Below, piece after piece: positions 12,574 to 25,330 of a stretch of 64,000 nt of DNA. The translations under genes were made by a program, and so were the position numbers. How positions within the stretch are numbered: the first letter of the stretch is position 1; every line of letters starts with the position of its first letter. Under the pieces are notes generated by a model, which worked only from the letters and a program-made list of their open reading frames with translations, did no database searches and was not told the DNA's origin. Source of the DNA: Paramecium tetraurelia (taxonomy: Eukaryota); contig CT868666.1 of the NCBI GenBank assembly GCA_000165425.1, forward strand, positions 186,001 through 250,000, written 5' to 3'.

Positions 12574-14958
12574 TCATTTTTATAATAATTAATTACAAAT
12601 CTCTTTGTTTTTGTAGAATTGCTGCACCATGCTGTTTACATCCTCCCCTCCTTTTTATGATAGATTCTTGAAATCAGACAAAACAGATGTTGCAGCCATA
12701 CTCATAGTTCCTCTACCTCAACATCATATCGATCCACTTCTCAAAGTCCTGTTGCATTTTCTCTCGGCTGTGCTTCAACTATGTGCTCATTCTCTCTACT
12801 TCTGCCTTCAATTACTTCATATTTATCAAATGATTATTTGTATCTATTGTAATAACAGGTTTAATTACGTGTCCTTCTATTTGTTATATTCAGCAATCAG
12901 TTTCTCTTCCTCTGTGCTTACTTGATTAGGATCGGTGCTTACTAATCCAAGCAATACTTATTCTTTTCTAGTTTATTCTATTTTGTCTTTTAATTAACTG
13001 ATAACATTTCTTTGATTATTAATAAACAAACCTAATTCTTTGCTAGTCATCATCTTTTCCTAAAGTTCCTGCTTTAGATCTTCTTAAGCTTAAGCTTTCC
13101 GATAGGATTTCCTGAACATCTCCAAAGCTGAATTTCTATCAAGTAATTTAATCATTAGAAATATTAATCGGTTCTGATACACATACCATTTAGTTCTTTA
13201 ATTTATGCAGTAGTTGTTTTAGTGGTTTGACTCATAGGCTCACTATCTAAACTACCTTACATAAAATTCTATTTCTTAACGCCAGGCTTCTCGGTTATGA
13301 TTTAACTTTGTCTATCAATTTCAGCTTGTTTTGGAAACTCTATTGGCTATAAGATACTGGATGTATTAGCTTATTGAATTTCAGGTTATTCTGAAATAGG
13401 CCCTTACAATACCAACGATTGATTAGCATTCGAACCTTTACCCTTCTATATTAGATTTAGAAGGATCATAATTTCATTGTCTCTCTGGATGATTAATTGT
13501 TTTAATCTCAAGACCTCATCATTCAATTATTACACTTCAACTGTATTGTTATTATTAGTGATAGCTTGTGGCTATTGAACAACAGGTGAAGCAGAGACCT
13601 TCTTATTTAAATTTTTGAGCATATGCTTAAGTTAGAAAAAGCATTCATTCATTTTAAGATGATCATTCACAACCAAAATGGCTGCTGGATCATCTGCGTT
13701 TAAAAATTCATCAACCTTCTTTTTGCATTCATCAATCTCATAAGATTCCAAATGATCCTTGATACTTTATCCTTTTATCATTGCTAATTCTGCTTTCAAT
13801 TACTAATTTTCCCTTTTCAACTTCTCTATGATAATAAATGGATCCACAGCCTCATTTCTAGTTACTTTGTTTTTAATATTAGCAACTCTTCCTGCGAATC
13901 GACAAGTACAAATAGATTCCGGGAGATCATCAGGTTCACTAGACATAGTAGCAATCATTCTGGTTTTGCAGTTTCCACCCAAGGAATCTTTCAATACGAG
14001 AGTCATCAGTGAATCTCTATAGGGAATATGAATGTTTTCACCGTTAGCTTAACGATTCAAACAATCAATAACTAATTCTAGAAAATGCAAGGATAAATTG
14101 ATGCCTGTAGCTTCCCTTTAGAGTATGCCTTCAACTCCAGTTTTTCCAATTCTTTCACTACCACTAAGATCCACCAAACAAAGTTTAGAAACAGTTTTGA
14201 CATCTGAAGTTGGTTTACGACATTCTAATATAACAATAAAAATGCAATGTGATCTTGTAGAAGCATCATTCTTGGGTGTTTCTGCAATAACCCTATTCTA
14301 TTCTCCAATAAAGAGTAGATTTAGAGCATCTTCCTCAGTTTATGCTTTTTTCAAGGACAATCCTTATAAAATAGTTTAGCCATTCGCAGTTGCCATTGCT
14401 TAAACCTTTGGTAAATCGTGCAGATTTCTGGATCGATTGTCTGCAACTAGTAGATCATATCCAGATCCACCATAGATTTCTAGATAACTAATTGTGACAT
14501 CGATTATCTAATTTGATATTTGAAATTCAATATTACTAATTCTTATTCTCTCCGTGCATAATCGTATATGTGATAAAGAGTACGTGGAATTATACCTGCA
14601 GATGACCTAGCTTCAGGATTACCAGTCATAGAGTAAGTCTTACCTGATCCTGTTTATCCATATGCAAATATTGTTCCATTGTAACCTATGATTAAATGAG
14701 TTGGTTACCTTCAATGGCTGAATCTACAACGTCTTTGGCTATTTTATCGAAGATTTCCTCCTAAGTAGTGTCAGTTGGGAATACTCCTGCAAAATTGAAG
14801 GTATGTTTTTCAATTTGATTATTGATATAACCTTGATCTGGATTCTTGGGGATTGTGAATTCAGCTGTACCCTCATCTTTATTGAGTTTAAAGAGATTTG
14901 ATGGATTTTTGGTGGGGCGGACTCTGAGGAACACATCAATCACAGATGATTTTGACAT
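12574..14958 (-). CDS. Kinesin-9, KIF6-like
   Basis: IDVFLRVRP, YGQTGSGKT, NRVIAETPKNDASTRSHCIF, LVDLSGSE, SLHFLE, LKDSLGGNCKTRMIA. Confidence 0.9.
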
Positions 14959-15051
14959 TTATAATTATTAATATTCAGAAAGTTTGATGGGAAGAGGAAT
15001 AGTTGAGGTGATATGCAGAGCTATGCAGACAATTAGAATATATTAATTAAA

Positions 15052-16122
15052 ATGTTATATTTATTATTGATTCCGGCTCTTGCTTATGTCCAAGAATAGT
15101 ATCTGATGGAAATCTACAATGAGATGAATGGGATTAAGGAGACCATTTCTTAATTGGAATATTATACTGCTCTCGAGAAATTGGAGTGGAAAGCTCGCTA
15201 GGATAGAGAGTTTGAAGAGGAGGGAATGACAATCTATTTAGAGCATTTTTCTGATGTGAGTGAGAGTATGCTTACTTTAGGTGTAAAGATTGATCAAGCA
15301 AAGACTCTCGACTGAGAAAAAGGAGAAGGATAGCTAGGAACTCTTTCTTCATGAGACATACTTTAAAGTCATAAATCTTCTAAAACGCCTAATAATAGAT
15401 AAAGTATCATTGTTTTATTCATCGGTTAAGGATAAGTTGATTGAGACTGACACAAGAGAATTGGCTAAGATCAAACATCAGGCTAGAGAGGATGCGTCGA
15501 AGCGCTTTGATGAATACAACTTTTTACTTTAAAAAATTAAAGAAGGTAACAATGGCCATTTAAAAATTAGTGATTGATTCTCCAAATATTTAAGATATTT
15601 TTAAAACATTAGAATTATTGGAATCTAAGATCATGATAGGTCTTTTCAAATCGAATCCCAGTTAAGAATTAGATTTTTTTATAAAAGGCGTAGATCGATT
15701 GTTTAAACAAAGCAATCATTCGAATTCAAGAAATGAGGCTCTACAATTGTTAAGTCTGATGCACAGTGTCATCCAAGAGACCCTTATCGGGATGATGAAT
15801 GAGCAGCTAGAATCTTCCTTCGATCTCCTGGATAAAGAACTTTTCTACACTCAATCTAAAAACACTCATCAACAAGCTAAGGAATCTTTGACCACCCTCC
15901 TTAATAAACTTGAAGGTATGTTCTCTTGATATCTATTTAACAGTCACAGGAGCCAAGTTCTGGAATGACCAATTGCAAATAAATGGCAATGAAGATCATC
16001 TGGTTCAAATGTTCCAGGGTTTTCTTGATCAAGCTATGTTGATGAGCAATCGATCCATCCAATATCATCAACAACTATCAGAAACTCTTAAAGCTATGTT
16101 GGAACGTTTTCTTTAACGTTGA
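15052..16122 (+). CDS. Hypothetical, probably secreted helical protein
   Basis: Signal-like MLYLLLIPALA; several ~25-nt introns; TGA 16120-16122. Confidence 0.55.
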
Positions 16123-16222
16123 CATTTAGTTAATTAATATTCTGGCTCCTTTGTTGGAGTAAATAATAAATATATATACAATCTATGATAAATAATGTTT
16201 TTATTGTGATAAATGTAAATGC

Positions 16223-17096
16223 TCACTAAAGTGGAGTCCAATTGTTAACAAATGGGTTTCTTCTAAATCCAAACTTAACACCTGAAGTATCGACATCGTC
16301 TGTTAATTTGTAGGGCTTCAATCTGATTTACTCACCTTCAGCAATCTTTTCTTTGTTATCAGCGGCAATCCTGGAATATACTATTCAAATTACTATTATT
16401 GAACATCGTATCTCTCCCATGGGGGCACTTTGTCCAAGAAGTTTCTTCTCACGTTGCTCCAAAAGGCTTCCTCATCAGAACCATGTATGTATGGATTGTA
16501 CACCCATCTTCTATCCTTGATTGGAGATGTCAACTGAATTTGTCTTGCCTTTAATTCATAAGCATCAAATCATACTGTCAAGATCTCCTTCTCAATGTCT
16601 GACAATTTCCTATTCAAAACTTCAAAATTTCTAATAAATCTTTCTTTAGATTCTGTGTATCTGGTATTCACCCACATCAAATCATGACCCAAACCTGAGT
16701 CACCTCCCTTTCTTCGTGCAGTCGAGTAGTAATCAAATAATTGGAGACTACCGAACACTACCAATGCTCTGGACACCCACAATGAAGAGCGATGGAGTCT
16801 CAGATAAGGAATGTTGTAGGTCCATCTGGTAATCCAACCATTGAAACAATAAGCAACTCCAACGCCCAACAAAAATCCTACACCTTAATTCTAATCTCCA
16901 TACCAAAGTTTCTTCCAATGTTTCTATGCCCGTACAACCAAGATAACTCCTTTGCTTCCTTTGGACTGAATCCCTCTTCTACCTAAACACAATTCGTTCA
17001 CATTTTTACTAAGGACTAACAGAGTACATCAGTCTTAAGACGCTTCCAATCGACTGGACCAAAGAATCTCTCAAAAGTGTGAACGATTGTTTCCAT
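16223..17096 (-). CDS. Two-TM protein of unknown function, possibly a mitochondrial inner-membrane subunit
   Basis: METIVHTFERFFGPVDWKRL..; TM segments GFLLGVGVAYCF and ALVVFGSLQLF; multiple tiny introns; function is a guess from composition. Confidence 0.6.
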
Positions 17097-17743
17097 TTTT
17101 ATATTTTTAATAATGCCCACATCGATAAATATTTTATTATTATACAGAATAAGCAAAAGATATCTTCATCCATATGGAGCAACTCATGCATTCCTGTTAT
17201 AACATGCACAACCAGGGCTAAGACAATGAGTTATAAAGAAATTTGATCTCTCTACTTAAAAACAAAAAACTAATTTGAATTCTTACTACCATTAACATGA
17301 CTTTGAATCAAATTATTCATTCTAATATTGATATATGGCTACATTCTTCATATGAATATCTCATATTTTGTAAATGCGAGTCTCATTCATTATATTATTA
17401 TAATACTCCTTTAGTAGAGTTGCTATTTCAATATTGTGAGGATTAACTATTTCAAATACATTACAGATATATATCATTATCTTGATTCAATCAAATTAAG
17501 TAATTATGATTACTATTATTATTATTTTAGATTTTCTAATAATAGTTATTTCAAATAGAAATAACAAATAAAATTTCACTATTTATGTTAAAACATAAGA
17601 AAAGATATTCATATTTACTATTAACTCCTAGAATAAATAATTAATCTCAAATTTTTCAAGCAATAGAAAATTTGCTAAAATTGAAATTTGTACTCCAAAA
17701 ATAATTTTAATAAAATTTAAAACTTAAAATTAAATGAAATTAA

Positions 17744-18923
17744 TCAGAAACATTTTCTATGGACTATTTAAGGTCCAGCTTCGTCGTATTCTGATCTTGT
17801 AACCCACATTGCCTAAAATGTTGATAATGATGACAAGATAGATCCTCCTATCCAAACAGAAAACTTTCTTTCTGGTGGAGCCACAACTTTGACTTTCATT
17901 GAAGATGGTGCCAAACCTGATAATTCCTTACTTAACCTCTCAGGGATTCCTGGGAACATAGTTGTACCTCCGGACATAACAACATTTCCATATCTAGATA
18001 AATATAAGATTTATATATTACAAGTCCTTTCTAACATCAATATCTGCCTTCATGATTGATTTAAAAGTTAAGTCATGAATTCCTGGCACTTCCAAACCAA
18101 TAAAGTGTGGCTTGAATAATAATTCTGGACATCTGAATCTCTAATTCTGAATTACAACAACATTTCCATCTGGTAATTCATAAGGCCTGTTACTGGCTGC
18201 ACTTTCTTTGTAAGTTTTCATTTCTGCATCGTAATCCAATGCAACATAGCATAATTTCTCCTTCAGATCTCTGGCTATTTCCAACTCAGCTGAAGAGGTG
18301 AATGATATTCCCAATTCATTCAAAATATTTACAAGATACTGAGTACAAGCTCTTCCTGCCAAATCTATTCTTTGAATGGCATGAGGAAGTGAATAACCTT
18401 CAAAAATAGGTACAGTGTGTGTGACACCATCTCCTGAATCTACAACTACTCCTGTTGTTCTTCCTGAAGCATATAAAGATAGAACAGCTTAAATTTAAAC
18501 ATAGAATGATGGAACATTAAATGTTTCAAACAATATCTGAGTCATCTTCTCCCTGTTAACTTTTGGATTCATTGGAGCTTCAGTCAACAATGCTGGGTGA
18601 TCTTCTGGAGATACTCTTAATTCATTGAAGAATGCATGATGCCAAATTCTTTCCATGTCTAAAATATATATAGAATTCTTACCATCCCAATTATTCACTA
18701 TTCCATTATCTATAGGATACTTTAATGTCAAAACACCTCTTCTAGCTTATGCTTCATCACCTACATAGGCTTCCTTTGTATCCATTCCCACCATTATCCC
18801 TTGATGCTTAGGTCTTCCAACTATAGCTGGGAAACAGCATCTTGGAGCATCATCTCCTGCAATTCCGGCTTTGCATTAACCAGAACCATTATCAATTACT
18901 ACTGCTGGATGTTCTTCAGTCAT
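17744..18923 (-). CDS. act1: Actin (Paramecium actin-1 type)
   Basis: [66 protein letters not shown]; introns 18659-18682 and ~17995-18022. Confidence 0.97.
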
Positions 18924-19823
18924 TTTTATTTAATTAATGCTATTCTAATCAAGATCAATCTATTTCTACTACTACTCTAATATCAATTCTGATAAATTCT
19001 TTCAACATTAAAAATTTTTGGTTATTTTATCTCCTCCTGTTATTATAATAACCAAAAATTAAATATAAAAATTATAATATACTAGATTTAAAAATTAATC
19101 ACCTAATTTCTAAATTACAATTGTATTTAATTTGTTATTTCTATTGCATATTAAGATTATTGATAATTACATTTTTGAGAATATGCTATTAATTGATTTT
19201 ATAAAATACCCATTAATAGAATTTCAAATTTAACTATTGATTCTTGTATTTACTAGATAAATCTATAAAACAAGAGAATTATCTTTATAAAGACTTGTAT
19301 GAAGAATATTGGAATTCATTAGTCTTATAAATTTTATATTTATAAGTGGCGGATTTGCTTGTGCTTTAGTTGATAAATACAGAGGAAATTAATTAAATAT
19401 TAAAGCTACAAAATAGTTTAATGAGTAGGAATTCAACACCCTATGATATAAAGATAATCTCTAATTTAGCAGCTTAAAATGCTGGTGTTCACTATCCAAC
19501 ATATTCTTTTCGATGAATATATGAATAAGGCTTAGTAATAATCAATTCTTTAGTGAAATTCCTATTCAGGCTAGAGTTTGTAAACTAGAAAAATATATTT
19601 CTTTTAAAGGGCTGCAAGATCTTATTAATTGATTTGGAATTCATCATCTGAGATCTGAGATTGATGTCTTAAACTAGGAGAGAAAATAAAGGAATTATAT
19701 ATATTAGAATTTATATAGAAAATAACAAAAAACAATGAATTTTGTATTATAATTATTTCATAAAACATAAAGAAAGAGTGTAACAAAAATTTTGATTTAA
19801 AATTAGTATTAAATTTATATATT

Positions 19824-20929
19824 TCATTCGTAATTTAATTTATTTTGTTGGAGTCCTACGAAGATTTATTCCATTGCCTTGCCCAATTAGAAACCGAAAT
19901 CATTCCAATTTCCATACTTCCAATCATCAACAGCAGCAAATATCTAAAAAATTTAAACTTAAAATTACCTCCTAATAGATGTCCTTTCCATTAACAATTA
20001 AATCTTTTCCAATATGATAGATGAAAGAAGTTGGGTTTTGTAAGGCTTCAATTAATACTTTGATTTTTTCAGCCAACTTTAAAGCGTCTTGAGAAGAAGA
20101 CTAGCAAGTCTCGAGAGCCTTTGGGAACTCAGAGATGCCTTCTACAAATGATTGTAAAGCTTAGATGACACTTGAGACAGAACCATCTTCTAAGAGTCTA
20201 ACAGCTTTTTCAAAATCTATCACAATTCCACCAGCTACATTTAAACAGGCTTTAATGTCTTTGGCTTTGATTCCACTTGCATCTACGATTCCATCAAGTA
20301 GTCCTTCAAATACTATTCCTACAACTTCGTCATCAAGAATAACAGCCTCAATATTTTTTGTTTCCTTAAGTAGTTAAACCAGAACAAATCCAATCTGTTT
20401 TCCAAAATCTTCATAGATTTCTGATTTCCAGTCTTTTATAGCAGTGCCTAAGATTACATATTGTAATTACTGATTTCCTTATAGATATCTAGACCATTCA
20501 CAATTAAATTATAACCGATTTTATATGAGAATGTCCATGGGCTTCTCAATTGTTCTAACATGTTAGTGAGAAGTTCTATTTATTAATATTATGTATACTT
20601 GATAAAGCTACCATTTCCTCGGATCCAGATTCACATGCAGTGATGGCGTCTGGAATTTATTAAATGGCTACTCCAATTAATTTGATTCCTTCTTTGACTC
20701 CCTCAAAGGTTTAAGTCTCTAAATTTGAGATAGCTTTGACAATATTATTAATTAATTCTTCTGAATCGTTTAAGCAAGACACTATTTCTTTTACTTCTAC
20801 GTGATCATCAACTTGCACTCCTTCTACAACTCCTTTCACAATTAAATAGACATCTTTAGCGTGGATGTCTACCTACTAAGAATTACCTAACACCAAGAGT
20901 GTTAAGACCATCAACAATGTTGCTTTCAT
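19824..20929 (-). CDS. Secreted protein with two internal ~165-aa repeats (paralog A)
   Basis: Signal peptide MKATLLMVLTLLVLG; IGYNLIVNGLDIYKEI..DFG and IGKDLIVNGKDIYQEI..DFG; three introns. Confidence 0.8.
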
Positions 20930-22278
20930 ATGTTTAAATTTTATAATAATGATTAAGATTTAATCGATTATAATCAGTTAATTATTCATATTAAATTCTA
21001 TAATATAAAATTTTATTATTGGGACTAATAAATTAAAAACATATAGAAATGAAGCATTAATTTCATAGTAAACTCATTTATCATATTATTTTGGCTTGAA
21101 AGAGATATACCTGATAATTTGATTTGAATATAGATTTTTCGATGTTCTTTAAGGATATAATTTTTCATATATTTATAAGATTAATTCATTAATTTATATT
21201 ATAAACATCTTTGAAATACACTTTGTAGTATATTTGCTATGTTAAATCATTAATTGTTCCATAATTATTATAATTTTGTATAGAAATAATAAAGATGGAT
21301 CAAAGTAGTTCCATATTGCCTACTGTTATATTTAAAAACTAAGATAAATAAAGAATTACAAATAAGTATTAATTACTTATTAACTTAAATTAAAAACCAA
21401 CTTTCTATATCTTTCCAAATATATGACATTTTTAGAAATTATTTAATAGAACTTAAATTTAATTTTAAATTAAGTTAATTAAGTAAATATTAAAACTAAT
21501 TATCTTAAGTGAATTGAAATTCATCTATTTAAATTTGCTGAATATTAATAGTTTATTCTTACTCATTATATTGTTTTTAATGAACATTTATTTTCATCTG
21601 AAATTATGTTATTGTTATTCCTCTATTATCAATTAATTATTAACCTATTCATTATATTTAATCTCCATATTATTTATTAAAATTTTTTTAAACTATCTTT
21701 TTCTCTTTATTTCGATTATTATTTATAAAATCAATAATTTTAATAATTCATATTTGTAGATTTCTTCTCAAAATTTGAAATTTTATTTTCCCTTCGGTTA
21801 TAAATATATTGCAATGTCTATTAAAATTAGCTAATTTTGACAGTATTGATTTTGGATCAAATCAACTCTTACCATGATCACTTCATTTAATTTATATAAC
21901 TTTCAGATTCTGTCAAAAGGAAATCAAATAATACTTGTTTCACGACTTTTAAATAAATAAAAATAAATATCATTAATTAACACCTAAAATCTTTATCATT
22001 TCTTCCTAAAATCTAATAATACATTAATAAAAAATTTCATTCAATTCAATTAGCTTTAAAATATTTAAATCCCAATTTCTCAATAAACATATTAATAAAT
22101 CAGAATGAAAATTTATTACCTGTAAAGGATGATCACATTACTTTTTTATGATCTATCCTTTTTTGATACAATTCTAAGTAAACTGTACTTAATATTTAAT
22201 AGAAAATTATGAGAAATTAGGTAAATGAGTATTTTATAGTAATTAAATATGATTCAAATAATATGCATAATAAATTTA

Positions 22279-24636
22279 TCAATGATAGCTATTCGGTTCA
22301 ACGAATATAGTTTCATGATCTTTGATTTAAATATTCGCCAAATTTTAATTGTTTTCGAGCTCCTTTCCTTTAAAGATTAATTTGATTTCATTATTTATTT
22401 GGTAATTACCTATTAAGTATTCTCTTATCTCTGAAATTGTTGTCTCATATTACATTTCAATAATTTACTCAAAACTCTCTTTCAAGTTATTGCTTTTGAG
22501 TTTGATGAAGACTTGCTCCGATTTAAAATTGCTATTTTAATCCATATCCACAATTTCTCTAACAATAATTTTTGATGAAATTTTCGGTTTGTCTTATGAA
22601 TTTGTTTTATTTATTTTTCCATCTTATGATTATTAGTATTACACTTTTTAAAATTTCTAATCAGTTTAACTCTAACTTTATTGTTACATTTACTGATTTT
22701 TTGGATTATCTAAATTTTTCTATTCTAAAATTTTAATCCCCTATCCTTTTTTAATTTATACATCCAAAATCTATTGATTCTTTACTCCTTAATCTTTTAA
22801 ATACTATTTTGGATTAATTTTTTTTCCATTTATAAGTAAATCAAAATCATCTACAATCTGATATTAATTTTTAATTTACTGCTGTAATTCTTCTCCTAGA
22901 GTATCATAGGTGGCTTCTAAAGTCTACATTTCACCCTTAAAAATAATAGTCAATTTAAAAATAGCTTTTTGAACAAAAATTTAGGTATTATCTTTTATTT
23001 AATTTTCTTTTAGAGTTTTTGATGAATCTAAATTTCTATCTTTTGTTTTCAAATAGATTTCATAATCTATTGAGAATTACTACTTTATACTCTAAATTAC
23101 TGCTTATAGCTATGTATTTTCATCAAGCATTTACTCTTTTTGCTAATTTTAAAATAATATTATAAGTTTTAAAAACAATTTTTGCATTATTGGCTATTCA
23201 ATTATTCTAATTTTGTCGATGAGAATATTGCACTACAATACGCATCCGCTTGTTATTCCTTCCTGTAGAAAGGTATTTTGTAAGTTTAAGACTTTATTTT
23301 AATCAACTAATTAAATTTTGTTTGGACAATTCAATTTCTCTCTCATTTTTTTCTCTAAATCTTAAATTAATTGATTATTTAGAAATTAATATTCAAATCT
23401 TTATTACTAATATAAAACAGACACTTTGATAGTATTGTTATTATTATAGAAATCATTTCCATTCGATTGCCTAATTTGCTGTTGTTAAGTAGATTCCACT
23501 AATAGTAATGTTCCATTTTGGATATTATACTATTTTAAAGTTTAGTTTTTAAGTAATAATTTCTACCCATTACTTAATTTTAACTCTATATTCTGCAATT
23601 AAAAATTAGATTCAATTTATTCAATGAGTTCTTATATCACTGTTTCATTTTCAACCTCCATTTTTTCAATATTGTTTCGAATCTGAATTTCTAACTTTAA
23701 TGTGTTATTTTATTTTGGAATGACGTTTAATCTGCTGTTTTCTTTAATATATAATTAACTGATTGTTTAATCTATTGGCAACACTTGATAACCCTTCATT
23801 ATGTCAATATTAGTCAAATCAAGTTAGTTTTTTAAGAGATTGATTAGTTCGTTTATTAATGTGTCGGTGGACACTTGTAAAGGAAATAATTATCCATTAT
23901 ATTCTATTTCTATATTGACATAAGATAACGATTGCTAATATGAATCCTTTGGAAGAATCAAAAGACAATTGTTTTTATTTATATCAACTTCAACCAACGA
24001 TTAATCCGGAAGCAATATTTATTTATCATATTAAATACAAATGTCTTATTTTATTTAAAACAAAGCTTTTGCGCTCTCTTCTAATTGAAAAACCTTACCA
24101 TATAAGTCGAAAGAAAAATTTTTACATTCCATTTAATATTTAAGTTTTAACTCTATCATTTGCTTTGATTATAAAAATTAGTTATATGTTTTAACTTCTA
24201 CAATAGATGTTGCGTCTATTTAATTCAACTTTAGAGGAATCTATTTTTTAAGAATTTAATCATTAAAAGTAAGATTAAAGGAATCCTTACTTAACGAAAA
24301 CTATTTCTCAACTTAATCATATAAAACAATATTCAAGTCATCTAAATAGACATAGGCGATTTTTGTTTGATTATTAAAACGCAATTTTATTCCCTATACT
24401 TATTTTACTTATTCAACTTTCCTGAGCTACAATATATCATTCGCAAACATATTTTTTTATATTACTCTTGTGTTTCTCTTAAGTTCAATACCATTTATAT
24501 ATAAACCCAATTATTAATTCTATTCCTTTAATTTTAGCTTTTTAATTATTGCATCTATAGCTTCCTCCACTAAAAGGTTTGAATCTAATTGAACAAATTG
24601 GGCCTTTGATCCCAACACCTCGATTTTAAGATTCAT
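22279..24636 (-). CDS. Intronless 785-aa protein of about nine tandem divergent ubiquitin-like domains
   Basis: 2358-nt unbroken frame in ciliate code; units such as TISEIREYL..IKLIFKGKELENNQNLANIQIKDHETIFV and KLSNGQKLLLKNQTLKQYNIQNGTLLLV. Confidence 0.8.
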
Positions 24637-24849
24637 AACAAATTATTTATTAATTAATAGAATCCAACTCATAGAAATTAATTAGCTTATATATTAAACA
24701 ATGATTCTGGATCTTTCTAATATTGTTCATTTATACCAGAATGAAATTTCTATTATGATGCTACTACTAATTATAAAAAATCATAATATATGTATATATA
24801 TATATTTTATTTTTTACGATTTTTAATTGTTTTTTTTAATTCAAATTAG

Positions 24850-25330
24850 AATTAATTATCTATGGGAAATCTTTAACTCCGAGCTCTCCGAATCTTATTG
24901 TATATTTTAAATGTACATACATTTCTCAGCTATTATATTAACTTAATTAGTATTTCAGCCTGTTCTTATTAAATTATACAATTGTTTATTTGTTTTTTGA
25001 GTTTTTTTTATTGAATCTCCAAATCAACAGGTTTAAATACATCCATTTCTTAATAAACAACATTTCTATCTCCCTATCCACTCATCATCTTAGCAATAAG
25101 AATATTGTTTTTATCCACTGTTTTTTGTGATATATTCAATTAGCCTCATTCAAACTAGAGTGATATTATCTGCTGCAATGTTACATAATATATTCTAATA
25201 GTTGAGAAAAATTTTCTTTTTTAATTCTTCTCATTTCTAGATAAATTCTAATCAATATTCTTATAAATCCATATAAATCTCAATAAAGTATTGAATTACC
25301 AATTCTCTGTGTTTTAAAAATCTTTGAGTA
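24850..25330 (-). pseudogene. Possible decayed coding fragment in an AT-rich gene-poor stretch
   Basis: Short protein-like stretch (NNILIAKMMSGQGDRNVVYQEMDVFKPVDLEIQ..) with intron-like gtatgtac, but TGA interruptions upstream. Confidence 0.25.

Noticed and set aside
8467..14958. Two kinesins within 2 kb as a tandem duplication
   Set aside because: Different subfamilies (kinesin-7-like vs KIF6-like) on opposite strands with no close similarity
20930..22278. AT-rich stretch as a retained IES, transposon or telomere-addition site
   Set aside because: No terminal inverted repeats, transposase frame or C4A2/C3A3 repeats seen; IES boundaries cannot be called without germline comparison
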